Of a DNA stretch of 57,324 bases, positions 27,499 to 36,631 are shown piece after piece; within the stretch, counting starts at the first letter, position 1, and each line of letters starts with the position of its first letter. The stretch spans positions 1 through 57,324 of IMG/VR virus record IMGVR_UViG_3300030329_003739; one strand, written 5' to 3'. Below the pieces are notes generated by a model that saw only the letters and a list, made by a program, of their open reading frames with translations, was not told where the DNA came from and ran no database searches. The stretch is from a virus (lineage: Duplodnaviria; Caudoviricetes). The position numbers and the translations under genes were made by a program.

Positions 27499-28179
27499 GT
27501 GAACAATACATACATGCACAACCTGACTGGATACGAAGATCCTAATAGCGGTCTTTCTATGCCATCAGATCATCTTCTTACCGGTGGAAATAGCGACTTG
27601 CTTGCTGGCAGTAGCAATTTAGTGGATGCCCTTCTTGGTGGAGGCGCTTCGTCAAATTTATCATCGGCCCCTGCTACATCTAGTTCTGTTCCTATGTCAT
27701 ACATATATAATGCCCACAGGCCTGACAATTACGATGATGACGGAATGATTGATTTAGAAGGCGATGACATAGATATGTACGGCGATCAAGGTACTCCAAT
27801 GTCAGACCCATTAGGAGATGACCCTGAAGGCTGGAATGATTATGAGCCTCCAATACATGGCGATCCTGTTGATGAATACGATCCAGCAGACCCTGGCGAT
27901 TTTGACTGGCCTGAATTCGATATTCCTGAATGGGATATTCCAGGCATACCAGACCAAAACTTTGAGTTTGAGGATTTCCCAAACGAAGCACCCGATTTCC
28001 CAGAATTTGAAAAAGCTAAAAGAAAAAAAATTCCAATGGGATTTTATGATGCAGGCAGTGCGGCCTCTGGGTTTTCTGCCGGAGACTTAAACGTAAACCT
28101 AGAAGACTTCTTAGCGAATCAGGTTGCTCAAGAAGCAGGTGTTACACATCCATTAAAACAAGCATTACTTGGGCGATAA
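27499..28179 (+). CDS. very acidic disordered protein, putative internal virion protein
   Basis: GTG start with AGGA RBS; D/P-rich FDWPEFDIPEWDIPG tract. Confidence 0.65.
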   Translation: MNNTYMHNLTGYEDPNSGLSMPSDHLLTGGNSDLLAGSSNLVDALLGGGASSNLSSAPATSSSVPMSYIYNAHRPDNYDDDGMIDLEGDDIDMYGDQGTPMSDPLGDDPEGWNDYEPPIHGDPVDEYDPADPGDFDWPEFDIPEWDIPGIPDQNFEFEDFPNEAPDFPEFEKAKRKKIPMGFYDAGSAASGFSAGDLNVNLEDFLANQVAQEAGVTHPLKQALLGR

Positions 28180-28180
28180 A

Positions 28181-30301
28181 ATGGCATTTGATTTTGCAAA
28201 ACGAAAAAATAATAGCGGCAGAGTGAATAACCAGGCTAAAAGTGGAAATAGTAATTATTCTCCTTTTGGTAGCAAGCAGGCTTTTGGAAAGTCAACAACC
28301 GTAGCTGCTCAGGGTGGTGCTGCTCAAACTGGCGCCTCTGCTCAAGCGAAAAAGAAGCAGGCAATGCAGGGTGCGGTGGGCACAGGAGCAACACCGGGAT
28401 CGGCTCCCCAGAAAAAACAAAATTTATTTTCTCCTACAAGCAAGGCCTCGTCTTCCACCGCTGCCTCTTCAGCCTCCTCTACTTTAGGTGGTGGAGTTGG
28501 TTCTGGTGGAATGTCGGGTGTAGCTCCTGCTAGCACTACTAATTATAGTGATTACAAAAAACAAATAGACAGTTTGCTTTCTGGTACTGGCGGTGGCATC
28601 GGGGCCGGTGGGCTATCAGGGCAAACTAGCGGTGCTACACAAGGTTCTGTTGGTGCCAGGACGTCCGGCGCAGGCACTGGAGCTCCGGTCCAGGGTGATG
28701 GCGGTGGCGCTGGATTTGACGTTGAAGACACCCCAACGGGAACGCCTGAAGAAGGCGGTGAGCAGGGGGCAGGTGCTCCGTTCACTTTGGAGCAGGGGCC
28801 TTACCAGTGGGGTGACGAATACGATCAGTATGGCCAAGACAAAACTTGGGAATATGGTGTTGGAAATCAAATTCAACAATACCAACGAGGCCTAAATGAA
28901 GAGCTTGGTGATAGCTGGTATGACTATCAACAGCAGTGGTTTGACCAAGCTGCTCCAGCAATACCTAACTCCCCAGATGTGTATAACTGGCACAGCCGAT
29001 TTGGAATAGGTCCAGCTAATCCCCATGGCTCTCCAGCGGTGCAGGATTTGTTTGACCGTTGGTTGAGAGCTCATCCTAACGCCACTGAGGAAGAAATAGA
29101 GGAAATGAAGGCTATTTACAGCCAGCAGTTTGCAACTCCTGGTGGTATAGGTGGCTTCAGTAGTGACAAATGGCGAGAGCTTGAGTTTGGAAACTATGGA
29201 ATGGGAAGCCATTCTGGTAATTGGGGTGATCCTGAAGATTGGCGTGTACGAGGCTATCAAGGCGGTGAGTCAGAATTGCTAAATAAAGTCTTTCACATGA
29301 ACATTGGGCCCGACAGCGCATTTGCCGACAAAGACCTTGTTGTTTCAAGAATCTACCAGAGGGCGTTCAATAAACCAATTATAGACTGGGACGAAGACTT
29401 GAATCCTATTTACGGAAGCAGCCCTTTTGAGACAATGAAGTGGAGGCTAAATGCTCCCGAGACAGAAGAAGTGTATGCTACTTGGAAAAACCTTTGGGGT
29501 GTAAGCGATGAGGATATTGACCAGCTAAGAAATATTCGAGAAGACCAGATCGGTACGCACTGGAATAAAGCTATGGCGGATGACCATGAAGAATTTCTTC
29601 GTGGAAGATTAGACTTAATTAGAAGCAAGCCAATGGATCAGTTGCTAGAAGAACATCCTGGAATGTTTATAGTAAATGAACAAACTGGAGAGGTGTCAGT
29701 TAGTCACTGGACACCACATCACACAGCTCAAATTCTTTTAGACGAACCTATTACCTTCCGGGGAAAAAGACTTATAGGCGAGATTCAAATCGAAGAGAGC
29801 ATGCCAGAAGAAGGCGAATATGTTGCCCGTATCGTTGGCGGGTTTGGCAGGCCAGACAGGGATGAGCTGTACCCCGGCATGCCTAAGATGTCCTATATAA
29901 ATGCAGATGGAGATAGAATATATATTGTTGAAGGTCCTCATAGCGTTTGGGGTGGTGATACTCAAAACATATTATCACATCACCCGAAGACGGGAGAACC
30001 TATTGTCACTGGACCTGACCCCCGAATGGATGAGGCAAACTGGGAAGAATTTAGCTGGACAAGTAAGTTCATAAACCTGCCTCCTAATACTGGCGAAAAC
30101 ATATTGTATGTTGTTCGACCTTGGGAATCTCTTGAAGACGCTATGTGGTATGCAGAGAGCTGGCTGAATGCTTACGAAATGGCCAAGCAAAGCGGCGGAG
30201 GTATGGGCGAAGATGTAGGAGGCGGCATGGGCGGCGATATGGGCGGCATGGGTGGAGACATGGGCGGCGGAGATGGGTTCATCCCTGGAATTGATAGCTA
30301 A
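28181..30301 (+). CDS. putative internal virion protein with GGM-repeat tail
   Basis: ATG 28181 follows the previous stop; basic S/G/A N-terminus, acidic remainder, C-terminal GGMGGDMGG repeats. Confidence 0.7.
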   Translation: MAFDFAKRKNNSGRVNNQAKSGNSNYSPFGSKQAFGKSTTVAAQGGAAQTGASAQAKKKQAMQGAVGTGATPGSAPQKKQNLFSPTSKASSSTAASSASSTLGGGVGSGGMSGVAPASTTNYSDYKKQIDSLLSGTGGGIGAGGLSGQTSGATQGSVGARTSGAGTGAPVQGDGGGAGFDVEDTPTGTPEEGGEQGAGAPFTLEQGPYQWGDEYDQYGQDKTWEYGVGNQIQQYQRGLNEELGDSWYDYQQQWFDQAAPAIPNSPDVYNWHSRFGIGPANPHGSPAVQDLFDRWLRAHPNATEEEIEEMKAIYSQQFATPGGIGGFSSDKWRELEFGNYGMGSHSGNWGDPEDWRVRGYQGGESELLNKVFHMNIGPDSAFADKDLVVSRIYQRAFNKPIIDWDEDLNPIYGSSPFETMKWRLNAPETEEVYATWKNLWGVSDEDIDQLRNIREDQIGTHWNKAMADDHEEFLRGRLDLIRSKPMDQLLEEHPGMFIVNEQTGEVSVSHWTPHHTAQILLDEPITFRGKRLIGEIQIEESMPEEGEYVARIVGGFGRPDRDELYPGMPKMSYINADGDRIYIVEGPHSVWGGDTQNILSHHPKTGEPIVTGPDPRMDEANWEEFSWTSKFINLPPNTGENILYVVRPWESLEDAMWYAESWLNAYEMAKQSGGGMGEDVGGGMGGDMGGMGGDMGGGDGFIPGIDS

Positions 30302-30321
30302 CATGACAAAATGTCATATTA
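30299..30321. promoter_or_regulatory. 23-bp palindromic site, copy 3 (consensus)
   Basis: TAAcATGACAaaaTGTCATaTTA between a stop codon and the next RBS. Confidence 0.85.
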
Positions 30322-30333
30322 AAGGATTTTGAA

Positions 30334-30975
30334 ATGCAAAGTATTACAGGTGGTTTCGGGCACTCCGAAAAGCGCAAGGGGCTTGGGTTCGATGAAGAGA
30401 AGTTGCTGGATGAAGGTATACCAGTCAGCTCTAGATTCACGGAAGCCATGAAAGTTCGCAAGCGTGGTGGTGCTAAACAGCGTGAAAAAAACCGTGCAAT
30501 GGCAAACGCATATCAAGAGCCTGGTGAATGGGTGACATCTCCGGGATTCTCTTCGGACGCAGCCACTACCCATGAAAAGAATTTTCTTGCTGGGAAGAAT
30601 CTAGGTAACGTCATGAAGACCAAGCTGGGTACAGAGTTTGACCAGCGACTAAAGGATGAAACCCATCGCCGAAAAGTCAGTGACCTCCAGAATCAAGACT
30701 GGCTGGCAAATCTAGGGTACATGCAAAACCGTATGGATACCCGCAGCGCACTAGATAACGCTTTACTGGACGCACAGGCAAGATACCAAGCTGCCGGCCT
30801 GGAAGCACAAAGCCAGTACGACCGCATGATGATGCAGAACCAGATGGATATGTACAACTTAATGCAGGGTAACTTGCGAGACATGATGGGTCAGTTTAGC
30901 GGTGGATTCGGTGCTGGAATCCCAGGGATCCCCGGAATTCCAGGCGGTGACATGGGTCTAGGCGGGGGATGGTAA
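30334..30975 (+). CDS. putative internal virion protein
   Basis: AAGGA RBS; helical Q/M/N-rich with Gly-rich tail. Confidence 0.65.
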   Translation: MQSITGGFGHSEKRKGLGFDEEKLLDEGIPVSSRFTEAMKVRKRGGAKQREKNRAMANAYQEPGEWVTSPGFSSDAATTHEKNFLAGKNLGNVMKTKLGTEFDQRLKDETHRRKVSDLQNQDWLANLGYMQNRMDTRSALDNALLDAQARYQAAGLEAQSQYDRMMMQNQMDMYNLMQGNLRDMMGQFSGGFGAGIPGIPGIPGGDMGLGGGW

Positions 30976-30978
30976 GCC

Positions 30979-33900
30979 ATGCCTCCTATTAACCGAAGGA
31001 CTTTCCTGAAAAACGCCGGTGCCACTACAGCTCTGTACAACCCAGAGACTATGATTCGTGCTGCCACCAACCCGGCAGGTGCTGCGCCTAACTTGCAGCC
31101 TATGGGTGTTATTGAGGGGATTATCGACGACCTTCACCATAACCCCTTTCAGTCAGGGTTGCCGTTGTCTACAGGCAGTTGGCTCGGAGAGCTCGATGCA
31201 GGCGGGGGCGATGAGATTGGGTTTTGGGATTCGTGGGAAGCGGCAAAAAACGAACTTACTCCTAGAGAAATATCTGATATTAAAAGCGGCAAAAGAGAGT
31301 CCCAGCTTTACAAGGCATTAAATCAAATCGTTTCGGGCATGAGGAACGGTACTCCCGAAGGTGTTCAATTCAGGTACTTTCTATTGCATCAGGCGGAATG
31401 GAGAAAATCTCCTGTTGACCATGATTTGCAAAAAAGAATTCAAGATGCAGCAATAGAACACTATAACAAAGTTGGTAGTCAATCGCACTCTGGAATGTAC
31501 GTTGAAGATCCGGTGGTTTGGCTAGAGCTTGAACACGACGGTCGATGGGAGCTTAATTCGCAATACAAAGTATTACACGAATCCTTCGAAAGAATACCTG
31601 GATTAAATAATGCACTAGAACATTTGTCATCCCAGCCCCTAAATGTACTAAAGGGTTTTATTAAAGATGGCGGCATTCGCGAGATGGCAAAAGTATTTAG
31701 CCAAATACCTGTCAGTGCAGCTGCTACAGTAGATGGATTTAGCGAATTCAAAAAAACTGACTCTTACAAAAACAATATGCCTGAAAAGAGTAGGCCCCAA
31801 GACCTGTCCCAAGAGGCTCTCCAAAAGTTTTCTTCTCCAGCTAGACCGCAATCCATCCTTCCAATGGACATAGGATTCCCTGTAGACCTAGGGCCAGCGA
31901 TAGATGAGATGCATCATTGGCCACCACGGCAGACCGGGCCAAGGATTAACCCTATGGGGGCTGTCGGCCCATCAGATTTAACGAGTAACCTACCCATGGA
32001 TCCAGAACAGCTAATCAGAAATCAACAAGCCGCAGAGATGGGCAAGCAGTTATTCGGGTACCAGATTGAGCCTGGAATAGGTATGCCGGGAAAAATAATC
32101 TTTTGGGATAAGCGATACACGGCTAACACCCCGAAAGAAAACCCTGATATTATTTTTGTTTTTGGAGACAACCTTCAAGGAAGAGGGAAGGGTGGTCAGG
32201 CCGTACTGCGTGACAACCCTAACGTATTAGGGGTTCCAACTAAAAGATACCCCGGAAGATCTCAAGGTGACTACTTTACTGGATCTCCAGATGAAGCTAG
32301 AGCTGTTACGAATTCGATTGATGAGATTGACCGGCTCGTTAAGGCAGGTAAAACTGTAGCCATTCCCGTAGATGGTGGTCAAATAAGTTTAGGTACCGGA
32401 CTTGCCGAGCTAAACACCAGAGCCCCTGAACTACTCTCTTACATTCAAGGCTCTATCAATCAAATCGCCGGTGCAGGGGCTGTCGGCCCAGGGGTGTCTG
32501 CAGAAGTCCACTCATCCAAGAGTCCACAGGAAAGTCAGATCAGGAATCTGATCTGGCGTACCGCACTAGGTCCCAGGGAATTCTATGGGGGATACCCAAA
32601 CAAGTTGGCTCTAATTGAAGGGATCAAGAGAGCTTACGATCAAGGGATAGATGTATCTGAATTACTTCCACTGATTCCTGCTGGACCCCTCAGCCAAGAA
32701 GATCTGAACGACCTACTAGAGAGCAGGTGGGAGGTTAATCCAAAAACTGGGGAACTTACACCCAAGGCTATAGATCCAAGTAAAGAACTTGCAATAGAGG
32801 CAGTTGGTGCACCGGGAACACCAACTAAATACGGCAATCAATTACCGTTTAGTTCATACGGAATCACAACTGGACAGCCTGTTGGCCCTGGAAAAAGTTC
32901 TGAGATCTTAAGTGCATCCCAGTTAAAACGTATTGGGGGCATGGAAACTCTTGAGCAGCAGCTAGAGGCATTGAGAGATATTGTTTACGACCGAGGTATA
33001 CAAGCTCACAACGAAATTAAACAAAATGCCCTGAACTATATGGAGAATACAGCGGGCACGCCAGCCGGAACCAAGACAATAGCTGGAAAGATTAGAGATG
33101 CGCAAGCTGGAGGAAAGTTCCCCGGGGCTACAAGTGAAGATCTTATAGATCAAATGGCAACAGGGATTGCCGATCAAGCTATAACCGGAGTTTCACAAAG
33201 AGCAGGTAAATATGAGCCCTCTGTTGTCGAAGGCACGACTACCTTTGAGGATCCAGACAAAGTTCTTATGAGGGCACTTGTCAATTCTGACATACCTTTT
33301 GAGCAAGACCCAGACGCTTCATCAGCCTCAGAGGGATACAAGGTAGACACCGAAGCCGCCTTTATAGAAAACATGGGTGATAAAAAGCGGTTCGATCCAA
33401 CTGTAAACACACGCCCCATAGAGCAGCTTAGTCCAGGCGAACGATTAGCAGCTACATTGCAGGGTGCTACCGGCATACCTCCGCTGAGCGAGAGCGAAAT
33501 TATGAAGCTAGCTGCTGAGATTAATCGAGTTAAAGCTAGCACTGTACAATCATTTGCAGACCAGCCCGAATTGCTTCTTGCGCAGGGGCGACAGCAGCAA
33601 ATGGTTTGGAATCCCAAAACTGAGAAATATGAAACAACCATAGATTACACGGGAAAGAAAAAGTCGGCTCACTCCCCTCTTGATTACCTGAACATGTGGA
33701 GTGAGGGCGCACGGGGAAAACTTGACCTTCCTTATGATCCGCGTGATGGTGGTATCAGACGATTAATAAATATTGTTAGGCAGCCACCAGCCAGCCCACA
33801 AGCTATGCCCCCAATGGACATTGGCTTAGGTAGTAATGCAGAAGCAGTATTAGGTGAGCAGACCGGGCCAAGGATTAACCCAATGTTTCGTTACACGCCG

Positions 33901-35835
33901 GAGGATTTTGGCGGTAATGTTCCACCTACTCCAGTAGATCCTAGTTTTGATGCAGCCAATATGCAGCAGACCTTTGATGTAAATCAAGACAAGTCATTTG
34001 ATCTTACAGGGACAAGCCCAACAGACTCACCAGTGATGCAGGCACTACCTGTAACGGGCCCTCCATCTCCAATGGAAGCCTTGCCTGTAACAAACAATGC
34101 AAAGCTCAAGCAGAAGCTAAAAGACCCTGTAGGCACAATGAAAGGTGCTGGTCAGTGGGCAATAGACAAAGCGAAAAATAATATTATTACGAGGACCGGA
34201 GGTAAAGTTAATAACTTCTTCGACCTGCCAGCCGACAATCCACTCAGAATGAAGATTGACGAAATGGCTGGAGATAGCAAGCTCAAGAAGGGGCTTGGAA
34301 GATCAGTTAGGTTTGGTGCTAGCCTGCCTGGATCTGCCGGACGAATGGGTATGCCAAAGGCTATTGGCCTAGACAGTCTTGCTGACATAGTTGAGCTAAG
34401 TAAGGGCGCATACAAGATTAACCAATACGAGAAATTTGGAACGCCTAAAGATCTCGTCATAGGTAGGGATGTTCAGAATTACGATGAGCTTATAGCTCAC
34501 TTAGTTGGTCGCAACACTGATGCGCATGACGGAAACGGTGTTGCCTACATTACTCCAGACCAAGCTGAAAGATTGATCGGCCTAAAGAATGAGCTGACCT
34601 CAGCATACCAGCGAGGTGAAATCAAAGAAGCTGAAGAGCATCCTAACTACAAGACAATGCGTAAGCTAATTAATGAGTTTACAAAGAATCGAGAGGATGG
34701 TCCTCAAGGAGCATTCAATCGGAGCATTAATGTCCTTGAGCCTTCTAGTAGTGATGAGATGGGCTGGATGTCTCAGTGGAGAAAAGAAGTTCAGGCAGGC
34801 CAAGACAACTTCATTGATGAACCTGAAGCACAGCTGACTCCTTATGGAATGTTCCATGTTCCAATCTGGTCTGATGTTACTGGCCGGGCAGGTTCTGTGG
34901 AGGGTGCTGCTGGCTTAGGTGGTGGTGCTTTAGACCACATAACTAATCCATATGCCTTTATTCCGAGAGTGGCAGAAGGGGTGCTGGGAGATAATTCTGC
35001 ATCCTATGCAAGTTTAGGAGATGGGTTTGTTAGATCACCTAATTATGAAACTATTCGCTTGAGAAGTGACGTTGATACAAAGTCTTTACTTGGAAAGCCT
35101 AACGAAGACAAACAAAAAATTATTTACGATGGAACTCCTTACACGAATACTAGGTACTGGAAGTGGAACCCTGACTCAAGAACTTTAGTAAACAGGCACA
35201 CTGGAACTTCCGTCCGGGAAGAAGACACGGGCATACAAAACTTTGGCGAGAAAATGAGAAACTGGAATGAGTATACTCGTCGAATGAGAGATGCTCAGTC
35301 TAGAGGGGAAGGAGAGGGGACGTTCTCAGGCGAAGGCGTTCAGTCCAAAGTAGATGCCATAGAGTCTGACTTCAAAGGAAGGGCGATGTTTGACAAATAT
35401 GACCACGGTCATACTGCACGCCACGCACATGAAGACTTTGGTATTTCGGATATATGGGAAGAAGGCTCTGTCTTTGAGGATTTGCCTTGGTATTCCAAGA
35501 TAGGTGTAGCACTAGATAGAGCTGTCGATGCTTCCGAAAAAATGCACTCAGACGCATGGGAAGGAGTGAAGGGCTGGCTTGGAACTGGGCAATCAGACGA
35601 AACAGAAGACCCTAGGCGGATGGACAATATCATTCGTATCTACAGGGAGACTGGGGATAACCCGGCTCACATTGTAGGGTACAATAGGGACATGGCAAAT
35701 CCTGGCTGGTCTGAAAATCCTTATGGCCGGTTTGCAACCGAACAGGAAAGACTTCTTAGGAACCTCATTCCTTACTGGGAACACAAAGAAAGTAAATACT
35801 CTGATATATATAAGCTGATTGGAGAGGGAGAATAA
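30979..35835 (+). CDS. 1618-aa multidomain putative ejection/polyvalent protein with N-terminal twin-arginine motif
   Basis: MPPINRRTFLK; internal FVFGDN.QGRGKGGQA...GVPTK domain; repeated PMDIG...QTGPRINPM linkers. Confidence 0.7.
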   Translation: MPPINRRTFLKNAGATTALYNPETMIRAATNPAGAAPNLQPMGVIEGIIDDLHHNPFQSGLPLSTGSWLGELDAGGGDEIGFWDSWEAAKNELTPREISDIKSGKRESQLYKALNQIVSGMRNGTPEGVQFRYFLLHQAEWRKSPVDHDLQKRIQDAAIEHYNKVGSQSHSGMYVEDPVVWLELEHDGRWELNSQYKVLHESFERIPGLNNALEHLSSQPLNVLKGFIKDGGIREMAKVFSQIPVSAAATVDGFSEFKKTDSYKNNMPEKSRPQDLSQEALQKFSSPARPQSILPMDIGFPVDLGPAIDEMHHWPPRQTGPRINPMGAVGPSDLTSNLPMDPEQLIRNQQAAEMGKQLFGYQIEPGIGMPGKIIFWDKRYTANTPKENPDIIFVFGDNLQGRGKGGQAVLRDNPNVLGVPTKRYPGRSQGDYFTGSPDEARAVTNSIDEIDRLVKAGKTVAIPVDGGQISLGTGLAELNTRAPELLSYIQGSINQIAGAGAVGPGVSAEVHSSKSPQESQIRNLIWRTALGPREFYGGYPNKLALIEGIKRAYDQGIDVSELLPLIPAGPLSQEDLNDLLESRWEVNPKTGELTPKAIDPSKELAIEAVGAPGTPTKYGNQLPFSSYGITTGQPVGPGKSSEILSASQLKRIGGMETLEQQLEALRDIVYDRGIQAHNEIKQNALNYMENTAGTPAGTKTIAGKIRDAQAGGKFPGATSEDLIDQMATGIADQAITGVSQRAGKYEPSVVEGTTTFEDPDKVLMRALVNSDIPFEQDPDASSASEGYKVDTEAAFIENMGDKKRFDPTVNTRPIEQLSPGERLAATLQGATGIPPLSESEIMKLAAEINRVKASTVQSFADQPELLLAQGRQQQMVWNPKTEKYETTIDYTGKKKSAHSPLDYLNMWSEGARGKLDLPYDPRDGGIRRLINIVRQPPASPQAMPPMDIGLGSNAEAVLGEQTGPRINPMFRYTPEDFGGNVPPTPVDPSFDAANMQQTFDVNQDKSFDLTGTSPTDSPVMQALPVTGPPSPMEALPVTNNAKLKQKLKDPVGTMKGAGQWAIDKAKNNIITRTGGKVNNFFDLPADNPLRMKIDEMAGDSKLKKGLGRSVRFGASLPGSAGRMGMPKAIGLDSLADIVELSKGAYKINQYEKFGTPKDLVIGRDVQNYDELIAHLVGRNTDAHDGNGVAYITPDQAERLIGLKNELTSAYQRGEIKEAEEHPNYKTMRKLINEFTKNREDGPQGAFNRSINVLEPSSSDEMGWMSQWRKEVQAGQDNFIDEPEAQLTPYGMFHVPIWSDVTGRAGSVEGAAGLGGGALDHITNPYAFIPRVAEGVLGDNSASYASLGDGFVRSPNYETIRLRSDVDTKSLLGKPNEDKQKIIYDGTPYTNTRYWKWNPDSRTLVNRHTGTSVREEDTGIQNFGEKMRNWNEYTRRMRDAQSRGEGEGTFSGEGVQSKVDAIESDFKGRAMFDKYDHGHTARHAHEDFGISDIWEEGSVFEDLPWYSKIGVALDRAVDASEKMHSDAWEGVKGWLGTGQSDETEDPRRMDNIIRIYRETGDNPAHIVGYNRDMANPGWSENPYGRFATEQERLLRNLIPYWEHKESKYSDIYKLIGEGE

Positions 35836-36623
35836 TGACTGGCTTAAACGACATGGACTTCTTGCTTGGTACTAGAAGTGCTCCAGTAGAAAGCACTACT
35901 GTGGTAGAGCAGGGGCCAGCAGGAATATCACAAAAGACTACTACTGTACAAGTCTCCCCTGAAGATAGCATTAGAAGCATGATTGGCATGGGCGGCATTG
36001 ACCCGCCTGAAAAGCCTGAGCCAAGGTCTCAGCTGCTAGACACCATGTATAATGCTATGGCTATGAACACCATAGCTAAGTCTCTTGGTATGCCTATGTC
36101 TGATGTTACTCAATCAGTAAACATCAACAGGATGCTGAACCCTACAGCAGCAGCAGGAAAGCAGTCATGGACTCCATTGCAAGCGTTAAATCATTTAAAA
36201 GAAGAACGAGTTAGCGCCGCGCAAATGTTTAATCCATTAAACCCAGTTTGGAGCCAAGGATTTAGGGCTTACAAGGGTGAGGGTATGCTTAACCAAGAAG
36301 AGATAGATACTCTTCAGAAATATTATCAGGACAAGGTGGCTCACGCAGCAATGAACAGTGAAACTGCAAACTACTATAAGCAGTTCCTTCCTCCAGAAAT
36401 GACTAGGCTGAGGGAATTCAATCCGTCTGAGCCACAACTTGCACCATCCCTAAGAGAAAAAATAATTGAGCTGCAGATTCCAGACATTCAACTTCCAAAC
36501 TTTTATATGAATACAGTATCACCTGGAAGTACGTCAGAGAACTTCATTCAGCAGATCTTGGGTGGTGCCCCAACATCATCTGGTAGTCCGGTTAGGAATA
36601 GCTTAACTCCGTTTAATCAGTAG
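35835..36623 (+). CDS. putative internal virion protein
   Basis: GGAG RBS, coupled to the previous stop. Confidence 0.65.
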   Translation: MTGLNDMDFLLGTRSAPVESTTVVEQGPAGISQKTTTVQVSPEDSIRSMIGMGGIDPPEKPEPRSQLLDTMYNAMAMNTIAKSLGMPMSDVTQSVNINRMLNPTAAAGKQSWTPLQALNHLKEERVSAAQMFNPLNPVWSQGFRAYKGEGMLNQEEIDTLQKYYQDKVAHAAMNSETANYYKQFLPPEMTRLREFNPSEPQLAPSLREKIIELQIPDIQLPNFYMNTVSPGSTSENFIQQILGGAPTSSGSPVRNSLTPFNQ

Positions 36624-36631
36624 GATCTACA

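Noticed and set aside
28593-28895. Alternative-frame ORFs in Gly-rich regions (also 5602-5910 and 10004-10327)
   Set aside because: No RBS, non-ATG or weak starts, and sequences look like frame-shifted low complexity, unlike 52668-53078
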